A stretch of DNA of 64,000 nt from an uncultured Candidatus Rokubacteria bacterium (GCA_963826115.1 CAWGVS010000012.1:1-64000), one strand, 5' to 3'. Positions 9,458 to 22,490 are shown, counted from the stretch's first letter. Notes: a model not told the origin generated them from the sequence alone. Numbers and translations: made by a program.

Positions 9458-10588
9458 CTAGACCAGCTCGGCGAAGATCGCGTCCGAGACCAGGACGCCG
9501 CGGTCGGTGAGCGCGATGCGCCCGTCTCGGGTCGCCATCACGCCCGCGGCCAGGTAGCGCTCGACGGTCGGCGCGCCGGGGCGCAGCTCGACGGCTAAAT
9601 GCCGCTCGAGCCACTCGAGCGGCACGCCCTCCGCGAGGCGAAGCCCGAGGACCAGGCGCTCGGCTCGGATCTGGGCGTCCGACAGCCGCTCCCAGCCCTC
9701 GAGGGTCCAGCTTCCGGCGAGCGCGGCCGCGCGCCAGCGGGGCTCCGAGCGCCGCGTCCAGTAGCGGACCGGGCCGACGGCGCCGTGCGCCCCCGGGCCG
9801 AGACCCACGTAGTCCTCACGCCGCCAGTAGCCGAGGTTGTGGCGCGAGCGCCGGCCCGGCCGCGCGAAGTTCGAGATCTCGTAGCGCGGAAGCCCCGCGC
9901 GCGCCGCGCGCTCGACCAGCGTCTCGAACTGGGCGACCTGGACGTCCTCGTCGGGCAGCCCGGCGGGCGCGCGCCGCCCGAAGGGCGTCGCCGGCTCGAG
10001 CGTGAGCGCGTAGGCGGAGAGGTGGTCCGGCTCCCAGGCGAGGACGGCCTCGAGCGTCCGGATCCACGCGGCCAGATCCTGGTCGGGACACGCGTACAGG
10101 AGGTCGACGCTCACGTCGTCGAACCCCGCCGCGCGCGCCGCGCGGTAGGCCGCCCCCGCGTCGGCCGCGGAGTGCGTGCGCCCGAGCCGCCGCAGGAGCG
10201 CGTCGTCCAGCGCCTGGACGCCGAGCGAGAGCCGCGTCACCCCGGCCGCCCGGAACGCGCGGAGGCGATCCCGGTCGAGCCCCTCGGGATTGGCTTCGAG
10301 GGTGACCTCCGCGTCCGGCGCGAGCCCGAGCCCGTCGCGGGCGTCGGCCAGGACGGCGGCGACCGCCTCGGGCGGGAGGAGCGACGGCGTGCCCCCGCCG
10401 AAGAAGAGGCTCCCCGCCGGCAGACGGCCGGCCCAGGGCAGCGCGGCGTAGCGCGCGAGCTCGGCGCGGAGGCCGGCGATGTAGGGCGCGATCCGGTCCT
10501 CGCGGTGGATGGCGACGTTGAAGTCGCAGTAGGGACACTTCGTCCGGCAGTACGGGCAGTGAACGTAGATGCCGAACCGCGCGCCCAC
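9458..10588 (-). CDS. hemW: Radical SAM heme chaperone HemW
   Basis: YVHCPYCRTKCPYCDF, GGGTPS, EANP, YEISNFA, HNLGYW; follows lepA-lepB; start approximate. Confidence 0.9.
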   Translation of the reverse strand: MGARFGIYVHCPYCRTKCPYCDFNVAIHREDRIAPYIAGLRAELARYAALPWAGRLPAGSLFFGGGTPSLLPPEAVAAVLADARDGLGLAPDAEVTLEANPEGLDRDRLRAFRAAGVTRLSLGVQALDDALLRRLGRTHSAADAGAAYRAARAAGFDDVSVDLLYACPDQDLAAWIRTLEAVLAWEPDHLSAYALTLEPATPFGRRAPAGLPDEDVQVAQFETLVERAARAGLPRYEISNFARPGRRSRHNLGYWRREDYVGLGPGAHGAVGPVRYWTRRSEPRWRAAALAGSWTLEGWERLSDAQIRAERLVLGLRLAEGVPLEWLERHLAVELRPGAPTVERYLAAGVMATRDGRIALTDRGVLVSDAIFAELV

Positions 10589-10638
10589 CGGGCCCGCCCG
10601 GAGCTCGGCGTCCGGGACGGGGCCGGGCCCGGCCGGGG

Positions 10639-11280
10639 CTAGTAGATCAGCTTGCCCAGCCGGCTCCACCTGACGCGCTCCTGGACGGCGTCCTTGTCCG
10701 AGTCCCAGGACCAGTAGATGAGGAACGCCCGGCCCTTGATCTTCTCGCGCTTGACGAAGCCCCAGTAGCGGCTGTCCTGGCTGTTGTTCCGGTTGTCGCC
10801 CATCACGAAGTAGGAGTTCGACGGCACCTTCACCGACGTGCTCTCGCTGATGCCGAACCGGTCCTCCCACTTGCCCCACGGGTCCTCGATCGGCCGGCAG
10901 CTCGCGTCGGGCGGCTTGCAGTTGATGTAGATCTTCTGGTCCTTGATGAAGAGGTCTTCTCCCCCGACCGCGATGATCCGCTTGATGAAGTCGCGCGACT
11001 CGTCGACTGGGTACTTGAAGACGACGACGTCGCCCCGCTTCGGGTCCACGAAGCGGTAGACGAACTTGTTCACCAGGATGTGGTCCCCGACCAGGAGGGT
11101 CGGGATCATCGAGCCGGACGGGATCTTGAAGGCCTGGACGACGAAGGTGCGGATGAGCAGCGCGAGCAGGATCGCGACGAGGATCGCCTCGGTGTACTCG
11201 CGGACGACGGACTTCTTCCGGACCTTGACGCTCTCCTGCGGGACATCCTCCGGCGACGTGTGGTTGAAGGGTTGCGTCAT
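10639..11280 (-). CDS. lepB: Signal peptidase I
   Basis: IPSGSMIPTL, FIKRII, GDNRNNSQDSRYWG. Confidence 0.96.
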   Translation of the reverse strand: MTQPFNHTSPEDVPQESVKVRKKSVVREYTEAILVAILLALLIRTFVVQAFKIPSGSMIPTLLVGDHILVNKFVYRFVDPKRGDVVVFKYPVDESRDFIKRIIAVGGEDLFIKDQKIYINCKPPDASCRPIEDPWGKWEDRFGISESTSVKVPSNSYFVMGDNRNNSQDSRYWGFVKREKIKGRAFLIYWSWDSDKDAVQERVRWSRLGKLIY

Positions 11281-11291
11281 CCCGGGGCGCC

Positions 11292-13085
<1,794 letters not shown>

Positions 13086-13104
13086 GGCCGGCCCCTCGCG
13101 CCCA

Positions 13105-14532
13105 TCACGCCGTGTAGCGGCCCACCAGGGCCTCGGCGGCCGCGTGCAGCTGATCGACGTCCACCGCTGTCTCCGCCTCCACGTACACGCGCAGCACCGG
13201 CTCCGTCCCCGACGGCCGGATCAGCACCCACGCCCCGTCCCCGAGCCAGTACTTGAGCCCATCCAGCGACTCCCGGCGAGACACCGATCGGCTGCCGATC
13301 CGGTCCGGCGGCGCGGCATCGAGCTTCGCCACGAGGGCCCGACCGCGGTCCGGAGAGAGGGTGTAGTCGCGCCGCCGGTAGAACGCCGTGCCGGCCTCGC
13401 CTTCGACCTCCCGCAGGAGGGCGTCGAGGGAGCCGCCCGAGGCCACGACCGCTTCCAGGACGAGCAACGCCGAGAGGAGACCGTCGCGCTCGGGCAGGTG
13501 GTCCCGAAAGCCCATACCGCCCGATTCCTCGCCACCGATGAGGATATCACGGGTCCGCATGAGCCCCGCGATGTGCTTGAACCCGATGGGCGTCACGTGA
13601 AGCGTGAGGCCGAGCTTCCGGCACAGGTGATCGACCTGCACGCCCATCGCGAAGCCCTTCGCGACCTCGCCGCGCCAGCCGCGGACCTGGACGAGGTGGC
13701 GCACGAGAAGCGTCAGCACCTCGTGCGGCGTCACGTAGCGGCCGGATCCGGTCACCGCGCCGAGTCGATCGCCGTCGCCGTCCATCGCGACCCCGAGGTC
13801 GGCGCCGGTGGCGCGCACCTCGGCGGCGAGCTGGTCGAGGTGCGGCGGGATCGGCTCGGGATGGAGGCCGCCGAAGAGCGGATCGGGCGCCCCGTGGAGG
13901 ATCCGCACCTCGCCCCACGCGGGCGGCACGAGCGCGGCGAGGAGCCCGTTCGTCGCGCCGTGGAGCGCGTCGCCGACGATCCGGAGCGGCCGCGCGGGCC
14001 GGCGGTCGGCGGCGATGCGACTCCGGAGTCGGTCGAGATACACGGGCAGGAGATCGACCGTCTCCACCCGGCCGCCACCGGCCGGCGTCCGCCGCGGCGC
14101 GGTCCGCCCGAGGGCCGCCTCCACGCGCCCGGTGAACTCCGGCGTCGCCGACCCGCCGAACGGGCCCTTCAGCTTGATGCCGTTGAAGCGGGCGGGGTTG
14201 TGGCTCGCCGTCACCACGAGGCCGCCGGCTGCGCCCTCGACGGTCACCGCGTAGGAGACGACCGGCGTCGGCACCGGGCGGTCGGCGAGGAGGACCCGCC
14301 AGCCGTTGCCCGCGAGGATGTCCGCGGCGAGGCGGGCCACGGGGCGCGAGTTGAACCGCGTGTCGTAGCCGACCACGATCGGCCGGCCGGGCGCGTCCCG
14401 CTCCTCGGCCCACGCCGTCGCCGCGGCCTGGACGACCGCGGCGGCGTTCGCCTCCGTGAAGTCGTCCGCGATGACGCCTCGCCACCCGTCCGTGCCGAAT
14501 CGGATGGCGGACGCCGCGCCCTCCGGCGGCAC
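13105..14532 (-). CDS. Phosphoglucomutase/phosphomannomutase
   Basis: [34 protein letters not shown]. Confidence 0.95.
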   Translation of the reverse strand: MPPEGAASAIRFGTDGWRGVIADDFTEANAAAVVQAAATAWAEERDAPGRPIVVGYDTRFNSRPVARLAADILAGNGWRVLLADRPVPTPVVSYAVTVEGAAGGLVVTASHNPARFNGIKLKGPFGGSATPEFTGRVEAALGRTAPRRTPAGGGRVETVDLLPVYLDRLRSRIAADRRPARPLRIVGDALHGATNGLLAALVPPAWGEVRILHGAPDPLFGGLHPEPIPPHLDQLAAEVRATGADLGVAMDGDGDRLGAVTGSGRYVTPHEVLTLLVRHLVQVRGWRGEVAKGFAMGVQVDHLCRKLGLTLHVTPIGFKHIAGLMRTRDILIGGEESGGMGFRDHLPERDGLLSALLVLEAVVASGGSLDALLREVEGEAGTAFYRRRDYTLSPDRGRALVAKLDAAPPDRIGSRSVSRRESLDGLKYWLGDGAWVLIRPSGTEPVLRVYVEAETAVDVDQLHAAAEALVGRYTA

Positions 14533-15609
14533 TCAGGGATCCCCGGCCAGGCGGGAGTAATCGCCGAGGCGCGTGCCGTCGCCCAGCACGGCGCCCGGCG
14601 TGACGCGGGCGTGGGCGCCGACCGACACGCCCCGCCCCAGGAGACATCCCGTGAGCCGCGCCGCCGCGCCGACCTCGACGTCTTCCCAGAGCACCGCCGT
14701 GTCGAGCTGCGCTCCGGCGCCGACGCGAGACCCGGCCCCGAGGACCACGCTCGGGCCCACCGCGGCCCCGGCCTCGATCCGGCACTCCGGGCCGATGGCC
14801 ACGGGCCCGCGGATCCGCGCGGTGGCGGCGATGGTCGCCGTGGGATGGATCCAGCCCTCGGGCCCCTCGCGCCCGAGCGGCGCCACGTGAGCGCGGAACC
14901 GGCGCGCCAGGAGGTCCTGCTGCGCCTGGAAGTACTTCGTCGGCGTGCCGATGTCGAGCCAGTAGCCCGGCGACACGAAGCCGAAGAAGCGCACGCCCCG
15001 CTCGAGGAGCAGCGGGAAGAACTCGCGCTCCATCGAGAACGCTTCGCCCTTCGGGATCCACTCGAGGAGCTCGCGCTCGAGCACGTAGACCCCTGCGTTG
15101 ACCGTGTTCGTCGTGACCTCCTCCCAGCCGGGCTTCTCCAGGAAGCGGTGCACGCGGCCGTCGGGCTCGAGCTCGACGAGACCGTACGCCGTGGGATTGT
15201 CGACCGGCATGAGATAGATGGTCGCCGCCGCGTCCCGCTCCTCGTGCGCCCGGAGCATCGCGGTGAGATCGAGGTCGGTGAGCACGTCTCCGTTCATGAC
15301 GACCACGCGCCCCGCGACGAGGTCGGCGGCGTTCCGCACGCCGCCCGCCGTGCCGAGCGGCTCCCGCTCGACCACGTCGCGCAGCCGCACCTGACCGAGA
15401 TCTTCCTTGGCCATGATCGCCCGGATCGCTTCGGACCGGTGCGAGATGGAGAGGATCACGTCCCGCACCCCGTGTGCGCCCAGCATCCCGAGCTGGTAGG
15501 AGAGAAACGGCACGTTCAGCAGCGGGACGACCGGCTTCGGCCGCTCGAGGGTCAGCGGCCGGAGCCGGGTCCCCAGTCCCCCGGCCAGGATCACCGCCTG
15601 ATCGGTCAC
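14533..15609 (-). CDS. NDP-sugar pyrophosphorylase (mannose-1-phosphate guanylyltransferase-like) with hexapeptide tail
   Basis: AVILAGGLGTRLRPLT..RPKP, EPLGTAG, NGD, FLEKP, WLDIGT, C-terminal hexapeptide repeats. Confidence 0.9.
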   Translation of the reverse strand: MTDQAVILAGGLGTRLRPLTLERPKPVVPLLNVPFLSYQLGMLGAHGVRDVILSISHRSEAIRAIMAKEDLGQVRLRDVVEREPLGTAGGVRNAADLVAGRVVVMNGDVLTDLDLTAMLRAHEERDAAATIYLMPVDNPTAYGLVELEPDGRVHRFLEKPGWEEVTTNTVNAGVYVLERELLEWIPKGEAFSMEREFFPLLLERGVRFFGFVSPGYWLDIGTPTKYFQAQQDLLARRFRAHVAPLGREGPEGWIHPTATIAATARIRGPVAIGPECRIEAGAAVGPSVVLGAGSRVGAGAQLDTAVLWEDVEVGAAARLTGCLLGRGVSVGAHARVTPGAVLGDGTRLGDYSRLAGDP

Positions 15610-15625
15610 GGAGGCGTCCCGGCGG

Positions 15626-15811
15626 TCAGGGCCGCGCCGGGCCGGCCGGCGGCGCCCAGTCGGCCGCCTCGGTGACCAGCATCACCGGGATGTCGTCGCG
15701 GATGGGATAGGCCTTCCGGCACGCCGGGCAGATGATGCGCGTCTCCTCGAACAGGAGGTCGCCCTTGCACGCGGGACAGACCAAGATGGCCTTGAGCTCG
15801 TCGTCGATCAT
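15626..15811 (-). CDS. Trm112-family small protein
   Basis: [14 protein letters not shown]...[18 protein letters not shown]. Confidence 0.9.
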   Translation of the reverse strand: MIDDELKAILVCPACKGDLLFEETRIICPACRKAYPIRDDIPVMLVTEAADWAPPAGPARP

Positions 15812-15841
15812 CGCGCCACCTCCCCCGGTCGGCCCGCCGGG

Positions 15842-16774
15842 CTACCGGTCGAGCGCCTGGCGGAACCACTCGATGGTCTGGCGAAGACCCTCATCCACGT
15901 CCACGCGCGGCTCCCACCCGAGGAGTGTCCGCGCGCGGGTGATGTCGGGCTGCCGGATCTTGGGATCGTCCACCGGCAGCGGCTGGAAGACGATCGAGCT
16001 CGAGCTCCCGGACAGGCGGATGACCCGTTTCGCCAGCTCGAGGAGCGTCATCTCCTGCGGGTTCCCGAGGTTGACGGGATCGTGGACGGCGGACTCCATC
16101 ATGCGCCAGATGCCCTCCACCAGGTCCGACACGTACTGGAAGGAGCGCGTCTGGGAGCCGTCGCCGTACACCGTGATGGGCTCTCCGCGGAGCGCCTGGC
16201 CGATGAAGTTCGGGATCGCGCGGCCGTCCTCCCGCCGCATGCGGGGACCGAACGTGTTGAAGATCCGCACGATCCGCGTGTCGAGACCGTGATAGCGGTG
16301 GTAGGCCATCGTCATGGCCTCGGCGAAGCGCTTGGCCTCGTCGTAGACGCCGCGGGGCCCCACGGGGTTGACGTTGCCCCAGTAGTCCTCGCGCTGGGGA
16401 TGGACCAGCGGGTCGCCGTACACCTCCGAGGTCGACGCGAGCAGGAAGCGCGCGCGCTTGGCCTTGGCGAGCCCGAGCGCCTTGTGCGTCCCGAGGGCCC
16501 CCACCTTGAGGGTCGGGATCGGCAGCTGCTGGTAGTCCACCGGGCTCGCGGGGCTCGCGAAGTGCAGCACGTGGTCGACGGGGCCCGCGACGTAGATGTA
16601 GTTCGTGACGTCGAGCTTGATGAAGGTGAACCGCTCGGAGCGCAGCCGGTCGATGTTGTCGCTGGACCCGGTCGACAGGTTGTCGAGGCAGACCACCTCG
16701 GCGCCGCGATCGAGCAGGAACTGGCACAGGTGGGAGCCGATGAAGCCCGCGCCCCCGGTCACCAGCACGCGCAT
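15842..16774 (-). CDS. UDP-glucuronate decarboxylase-family NAD-dependent epimerase/dehydratase
   Basis: [62 protein letters not shown]. Confidence 0.92.
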   Translation of the reverse strand: MRVLVTGGAGFIGSHLCQFLLDRGAEVVCLDNLSTGSSDNIDRLRSERFTFIKLDVTNYIYVAGPVDHVLHFASPASPVDYQQLPIPTLKVGALGTHKALGLAKAKRARFLLASTSEVYGDPLVHPQREDYWGNVNPVGPRGVYDEAKRFAEAMTMAYHRYHGLDTRIVRIFNTFGPRMRREDGRAIPNFIGQALRGEPITVYGDGSQTRSFQYVSDLVEGIWRMMESAVHDPVNLGNPQEMTLLELAKRVIRLSGSSSSIVFQPLPVDDPKIRQPDITRARTLLGWEPRVDVDEGLRQTIEWFRQALDR

Positions 16775-16785
16775 CGGGGCGGGGC

Positions 16786-18096
16786 TCAGCCGGGGAAGAC
16801 CGGCTTCCGGCCGATCGAGTGGTACTCGAACCCGAGGCGGCGCATCCGCTCGGGCTCGTAGATGTTCCGCCCGTCGAACACGAGCGGGCGCCGCATCACC
16901 TGGCGCAGCCGCTCGAGGTTCAGGAGCTTGAACTCGTTCCACTCCGTCACGATCACCACCGCGTCCGCCCCCTCGGCGGCCTCGTAGGAGGACGGGCAAT
17001 ACTCGACGCCCGCCGGCAGGGTGCGCCGGGCGTTGTCCATCGCGACCGGGTCGTAGGCCCGCACGTGGGCGCCCGCCTCGGCCAGGCGCGCGATCAGCTC
17101 GACGCTCCGCGCCTCACGCATGTCGTCGGTCTTGGGCTTGAAGGCGAGCCCCAGCACCGCGATGACGCGGCCCTCCAGGGGATCGAGGGTCTTCCGGACG
17201 AGCGCGACCAGCCGCTGGACCCGCTCGCGGTTGACCTCGACCACCGACCGGAGCGTGCGGAGCTCGTACCCGAGCGCGGACGCGGTCTGGATGAGGGCGT
17301 CGGTGTCCTTCGGGAAGCACGAGCCGCCGTACCCGAGACCCGCGTTGAGGAACGCGGCCCCGATCCGCGGGTCGAGGCCCATCCCCTTCATGACCTGGGT
17401 CACGTCGCCCCCCGCGAGCTCGCAGACGTTCGCGATCTCGTTGATGAAGGAGATCTTGGTCGCGAGGAAGGCGTTCGACGCGTACTTGATGATCTCGGCG
17501 GAGTAGACGTCGGTGATGATCATCGGCCGCTCGAGGGGCGCGTAGAGCTCGAGCAGCGTCATCGCCACCTGCTGGCTGGGCGCGCCGATTACGATCCGGT
17601 CGGGGCGGAGCGTGTCCTCGATCGCCGAGCCCTCCCGCAGGAACTCGGGGTTCGACACGACATCGAAGTTGACGGGGCGGCGACGGTTCCGCTCGATGAT
17701 GGTCCGCACGAGGTCCCCGGTCCCGACCGGCACCGTGGACTTGTTGACGATGACCTTGTAGCGGTCGAGGGACTCGGCGATCCCGTGCGCCACCTCCTCG
17801 ACCGCGGTGAGGTCCGACTCCCCGGTGGCCTTGGGCGGCGTGCCGACGGCGATGAAGATGATGTCCGACCGGCGCACGGCGTCGGCCAGGTCGGTGCTGA
17901 ACGTGAGCCGGCCGTCGCCGACGTTGCGGGCGACCAGCTCCTCGAGGCCCGGCTCGTAGATCGGCATCCGCCCGGCCCGGAGCCCCGCGATCTTGGCGGC
18001 GTCCTTGTCCACGCAGACGACGTCGTTCCCGAGGTCGGCGAAGACCGCCCCCGTCACCAGCCCCACGTATCCGGTCCCGACCACCGCGACGTTCAT
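16786..18096 (-). CDS. ugd: UDP-glucose 6-dehydrogenase
   Basis: [58 protein letters not shown]. Confidence 0.95.
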   Translation of the reverse strand: MNVAVVGTGYVGLVTGAVFADLGNDVVCVDKDAAKIAGLRAGRMPIYEPGLEELVARNVGDGRLTFSTDLADAVRRSDIIFIAVGTPPKATGESDLTAVEEVAHGIAESLDRYKVIVNKSTVPVGTGDLVRTIIERNRRRPVNFDVVSNPEFLREGSAIEDTLRPDRIVIGAPSQQVAMTLLELYAPLERPMIITDVYSAEIIKYASNAFLATKISFINEIANVCELAGGDVTQVMKGMGLDPRIGAAFLNAGLGYGGSCFPKDTDALIQTASALGYELRTLRSVVEVNRERVQRLVALVRKTLDPLEGRVIAVLGLAFKPKTDDMREARSVELIARLAEAGAHVRAYDPVAMDNARRTLPAGVEYCPSSYEAAEGADAVVIVTEWNEFKLLNLERLRQVMRRPLVFDGRNIYEPERMRRLGFEYHSIGRKPVFPG

Positions 18097-18202
18097 CCTG
18101 ACCGCCTCGCACCGGGCGTGCCGCCCGGGAGTGTCTTTGGCCTCGCTATGTTACCGGACCCCCTCCGGGGGGGCAAGCGAACGGGGCTTTCGGCAGCGCA
18201 GA

Positions 18203-18238
18203 CAGACCCCGCTGTCGCGACGGGCGGGGTCTGACCCC
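18203..18238. terminator. GC-rich hairpin overlapping a GGGGTCTGACCCC palindrome
   Basis: CAGACCCCGC (18203-18212) pairs with GCGGGGTCTG (18224-18233), just downstream of the 18254 stop. Confidence 0.5.
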
Positions 18239-18253
18239 GCCGACCAGCCGCCG

Positions 18254-19489
18254 CTAGCTCGCCAGGCGGAGCAACGTGCCGAGCAGCACGTTCGCGCCCT
18301 GCTCGAGGGCCGGCCAGTCGGTCCACTCGTCGGGGCGGTGGCTCCGCCCGCCCTGGCTCGGGACGAAGATCATGCCGGCCTCCGTCACCGCCGCCAGGAT
18401 CTGGGCGTCGTGGCCGGCGCCCGAGGGCATGCGCCGGGTCGGGAGCCGGAGATCGGCGGCCGCGGCCTCGATCACGCCCTGGATCCGCCCCGACATCCGG
18501 ACGGGCTCGGCCCGCATCAGATGCTCCACCTCGAGGACGAGCCCGCGCTGGCGTGCCACCCGGCGGGCGGCCTGGAGGGTGCGGCTCGCGAGGCTCTCGA
18601 GGAGCGCCGGGTCGGGATCGCGGAGCTCCTGGAGGAGCGCCGCGCGCTCGGGCACGATGTTCGGCACGCCGGGGCGGACGTCCACGACGCCGATCGTGGT
18701 GACGGCGCGGCCCTGGCCGCCCTTCACCACGAGCTCTCGGCTCTTCGTCGCGTACTCGGCCGCGGTGAGGAACGCGTCCTTCCGCCGGTCCATCGGCGTC
18801 GTGCCGGCGTGGTCAGGTTGCCCCACGAAGTTCAGGCGGAAGCGGCGGATGCCCACGATGCCCTCGACGACGCCGATCGGCACGTCGTCGGCCTCGAGCC
18901 AGGGGCCCTGCTCGATGTGGAGCTCGACGTACGCGGCGATCTCCCGCGGATCGCGGCGGGCCTCGGGCGCCCGGGCGAGGTCGAACCCGGCGCGCCGCAT
19001 CGCCTCGGGGAGCGGCAGGCCCGTCGGGTCCGTGAGGCGCTCCGCCAGCATGCGATCGAGGGTCCCCGTGAGGGCGCGCGAGCCGAAGAACCCGTAGAAG
19101 CGCCCCTCCTCGTCCGTGAACGCCGCGACCTCGAGGGCGCGCGACGGCCGGACCCCCGACGCCGTGACCGCGCGGAGGCACTCGAGCCCGGCGAGCACGC
19201 CGAGCGCGCCGTCGAGCGGCCCGCCGCGGGGCACCGTGTCGATGTGGGACCCGGTCAGGACCACGGGCGTCCCCTCGCCGAGGCGGCCGAAGATGTTGCC
19301 CGCCGCGTCGACGCGGGGGCTGAGCCCCGCCGCGCGCAGGCGCTCGACGAGCCACCTGCGCGCTTCCTCGTGAGCCGGGCTCCACGCGGGCCGTGAGAGA
19401 CCGCCGGTCGGATCGCGCCCGATCGCGCCCAGGGCCTCGATGTCGGCGCGGAGGCGTCCGAGGTCGATCCGCAGATCGGTGCCGCTCAT
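18254..19489 (-). CDS. Zn-dependent M20 hydrolase (allantoate amidohydrolase/N-carbamoylase family)
   Basis: GSHIDTVP..GPLDGALGV, DEEG, ELHIEQGP, HAGTTPM, SGAGHDA, SHRPDE. Confidence 0.92.
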   Translation of the reverse strand: MSGTDLRIDLGRLRADIEALGAIGRDPTGGLSRPAWSPAHEEARRWLVERLRAAGLSPRVDAAGNIFGRLGEGTPVVLTGSHIDTVPRGGPLDGALGVLAGLECLRAVTASGVRPSRALEVAAFTDEEGRFYGFFGSRALTGTLDRMLAERLTDPTGLPLPEAMRRAGFDLARAPEARRDPREIAAYVELHIEQGPWLEADDVPIGVVEGIVGIRRFRLNFVGQPDHAGTTPMDRRKDAFLTAAEYATKSRELVVKGGQGRAVTTIGVVDVRPGVPNIVPERAALLQELRDPDPALLESLASRTLQAARRVARQRGLVLEVEHLMRAEPVRMSGRIQGVIEAAAADLRLPTRRMPSGAGHDAQILAAVTEAGMIFVPSQGGRSHRPDEWTDWPALEQGANVLLGTLLRLAS

Positions 19490-20940
19490 CCCAGCGCCTC
19501 CCCGGCCGCGGTCGCCGTGGCCGACCGGGGCGTGCCGTCCGGCAGGAACCACGTCGCGGCCAGCGTCAGCACGGTCGCGCCGACGCCGAGCCAGAAGACC
19601 ACGCCGATCGCCGACACGAGGGCCGGGACCAGGTCCGCCGGCAGGTGCCGCGCCCCCTCCTCGAGCCCCGCCAGCCGGACGCCGAGCCGGCTCGTCAGCG
19701 TCGCGCCCATCACGGCCACGCCCAGGGTCGCGCCGATGTTGCGGAAGAAGAGGACGCCCGACGTCGCCACCCCGCGCCGGGCCGGCTCGATGGCCGTCTG
19801 GACGCCGACGACGAGCGTGATCGAGAGGAGGCCCATGCCCATGCCGATCGCGCCCCCGACAACCATGAGCCCGAGCCACCCGACGTCGGGGCGGAGCGCG
19901 AGCGCGACGTAGCCCACGACCATGAGGGCGGCCCCCGCGAGCGCGAGCACGCGGAAGCCGAGCCGGTTCAGCCCCTGCCCGGCCACGAGACCCCCGACGG
20001 ACCAGCCGGTGCTCATCGTCATCAGCGAGAGCCCGGCGGTCGTGGCGTCCGTCCCGCGCCCCCACTGGACCAGGAGCGGCACGTGGACCAGCGCGCCGAA
20101 CATCGCGGCCCCCGAGAAGAACGCCGCCGCGGAGCCCGCGGTGAAGGGCATCTCCCCGAAGAGGCTGAACGGCAGGAGGGGATCGGCGGAGCGGCGCTCG
20201 GCCCAGACGAATCCCGCGAGCCCGAGGACCGCGACCGCGAGCGCGCCGAATCGGCTCGGACCGAATCCGGAGGCCCCGGGCGCGCCGGGCTGGAGAACGA
20301 CCAGCATCAGGCCGGTGACGCCGCCGAGGAACGTGAGCGCGCCCGCCACGTCGAGCGTCCGGCCGGTCACGTGCTCGCCCGTCTCCCGGAGGCCGCCCAC
20401 CGCCAGGCCGACCACGACCGCGCCGAGCGGCAGGTTCAGCAGGAAGACCCAGCGCCAGCTCCAGCCGTCGACGATGATTCCCCCGAGGAGCGGGCCCACG
20501 ATGCTCGCCAGGCCCCACACGGCCGTGATCAATCCCTGCATCTGGCCGCGGCGCGGGCCGTGGAAGAGGTCGCCGAAGATGATGAGGGAGAGCGCCAGGA
20601 TGCCGCCCGCCCCCACGCCCTGGACGCCGCGTCCCGCCACCATCACCGGCATGCTGGTCGCCACGCCGGCCATCAAGGAGCCCGCGCAGAAGATGACGAT
20701 GGCGGCCACGAACGGGCCGCGGCGCCCCAGCCGGTCCGAAAGGCCGCCGAACACGGGCATCACCACGGTGGAGGCGAGCATGTAGATGGAGAACACCCAC
20801 GGATAGAGGTGGGCGCCGCCGAGGGCCGCGATCACGGTCGGCATGGCGGTGCCGACGATCGTCGCGTCGAGCGCGGCCAGGAGCACGCCGAGCTGCACGG
20901 CGAGGACGACGGGCCAGACGCGGAAGCGGCGCGACGCCAC
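19486..20940 (-). CDS. MFS transporter, DHA2 (EmrB/QacA-like)
   Basis: AALDATIVGTAMP, GGLSDRLGRR, WRWVFLLNLP; many hydrophobic segments. Confidence 0.9.
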   Translation of the reverse strand: MASRRFRVWPVVLAVQLGVLLAALDATIVGTAMPTVIAALGGAHLYPWVFSIYMLASTVVMPVFGGLSDRLGRRGPFVAAIVIFCAGSLMAGVATSMPVMVAGRGVQGVGAGGILALSLIIFGDLFHGPRRGQMQGLITAVWGLASIVGPLLGGIIVDGWSWRWVFLLNLPLGAVVVGLAVGGLRETGEHVTGRTLDVAGALTFLGGVTGLMLVVLQPGAPGASGFGPSRFGALAVAVLGLAGFVWAERRSADPLLPFSLFGEMPFTAGSAAAFFSGAAMFGALVHVPLLVQWGRGTDATTAGLSLMTMSTGWSVGGLVAGQGLNRLGFRVLALAGAALMVVGYVALALRPDVGWLGLMVVGGAIGMGMGLLSITLVVGVQTAIEPARRGVATSGVLFFRNIGATLGVAVMGATLTSRLGVRLAGLEEGARHLPADLVPALVSAIGVVFWLGVGATVLTLAATWFLPDGTPRSATATAAGEALG

Positions 20941-20942
20941 GG

Positions 20943-22322
20943 TCAGACGATGGGCCAGCGGGACCGCGGCAGATCCACGCCGGTCCGCGCGAGCAGGCGC
21001 TCGCCGATTTCCTGGACGCGCGCGAAGAGCCGCGCCTCGTCCACGAAGGACTGGCGGTGGGCGTCGACGACGACGCGGCCGTCCACGATCACGGTGTGGA
21101 CGCTCCCGCCGTCGGCGTTGTAGACGAGGTTGTTGATCGGGTTCCACAGCGCCTGCCACTCCGGCCGCGCGGTGTCGAAGAGGACGAGGTCGGCGCGCTT
21201 GCCGGGCTCGAGCGAGCCGATCTCGTCCCCGAGCCCGAGCGCCCGCGCCCCGAGGCGCGTCCCCATCTCCAGCGCCCGCTCGGCGGGGATCTGGCGCGTG
21301 TCCTGGCGGGCGTCCTTGTACTGGAGGGCCGCCATGTTCATCGTCCGCACCATGTCGAGGTGGTTCGAGTTGTTCGGAGAGTCGGAGCCGAGCGCCACCC
21401 GGACGCCGGCGTCGAGCAGCTCCGGCATCCGGCCGTGCTGCGCCGTCCCGCCGCCGCGCTTGGCGTTCATCACCGGACAGATCGCCACGGCCGTGCCGGT
21501 GCGGACCAGGCACGCGATCTCGTCCCCGTCCAGGCCGGGCGCGTGCGACAGGAGGACCCTCGGCCCGAGGACGCCGAGCGATTCGAGGTACTGGGTGGGG
21601 CCGAGCCCGTGCCGGGCCAGGGACTCCCGTCGCGGCTCGGGGCCGCTCAGGTGATGCAGCGTGAGCCCGGTGCCGTGCTCGTCGGCCGCGCGCTTCACGC
21701 CTCGCAGCAGAGGCGCGCTGCACGACTCCGGCGAGAACGGCATCGCCCAGGCCCGGATCCGCCCCTCGAGCCGCCCGTCCCACTTTCGGAGAAAGGCCGC
21801 GGTGCGCGCGATCCCCTCCTCCGTCGGGTAGCGCGGCAGCGGGAACGGCGCGTCCAGATCCGACACGCCCTCGCCGAGGATCACGCGGATGCCGGCATCC
21901 GCGTAGGCCTGGAGACACGCGTCCGGGAACTTGGTGCTGCCCGGGTCGACGAAGGCGACGGTGCCCCCCCGCAGCAGCTCGACGAGACCGAGGAGCGTCG
22001 TGTGGTACTCCTCGTCCTCCGTCATCGCCATCTGGAGCCGGAACACGTAGGGCAGCGGGCTCCCCAGGTCGTCCAGGAAGATGCCGCGTACGGGGTGGGC
22101 GTAGCTCACGTGCATGTGGCCGTTGACGAAGCCCGGCGTCACGAGGAACTGACGGGCGTCGATCGTGCGGTCGGCGGGGACGTCCCGGAGCTCGGCCGCC
22201 TTGCCGACCCGGCGGATCCGCGAGCCCTCGATCAGGATGGAGCCGTCCTGGATGATCCGCCGCGTGTCGTCCAGGGTGACCACGTAGCGGGCGTGCTCGA
22301 TCTTGAGCGTCGGGGTTGGCAC
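20943..22322 (-). CDS. Amidohydrolase superfamily protein (MtaD/AtzA-like subgroup)
   Basis: PGFVNGHMH, SHA, ALGSD, IGSLEPGKRADLV. Confidence 0.88.
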   Translation of the reverse strand: MPTPTLKIEHARYVVTLDDTRRIIQDGSILIEGSRIRRVGKAAELRDVPADRTIDARQFLVTPGFVNGHMHVSYAHPVRGIFLDDLGSPLPYVFRLQMAMTEDEEYHTTLLGLVELLRGGTVAFVDPGSTKFPDACLQAYADAGIRVILGEGVSDLDAPFPLPRYPTEEGIARTAAFLRKWDGRLEGRIRAWAMPFSPESCSAPLLRGVKRAADEHGTGLTLHHLSGPEPRRESLARHGLGPTQYLESLGVLGPRVLLSHAPGLDGDEIACLVRTGTAVAICPVMNAKRGGGTAQHGRMPELLDAGVRVALGSDSPNNSNHLDMVRTMNMAALQYKDARQDTRQIPAERALEMGTRLGARALGLGDEIGSLEPGKRADLVLFDTARPEWQALWNPINNLVYNADGGSVHTVIVDGRVVVDAHRQSFVDEARLFARVQEIGERLLARTGVDLPRSRWPIV

Positions 22323-22490
22323 GAGTCGGCGGCTCCCTCCGGCGAGCTACGGCGAGGATGGCATCCGCGCTGCGGCGGCGCAAGCTGCCCGGGCCGTCCG
22401 GGCGCGCTCCCGGCGGGCCGGCGCGTTCGTCGCGGCCGATGGCCCGGGTACTATATACTGGCGGCGCCGATTTCAGGCCGCGGAGGATCG

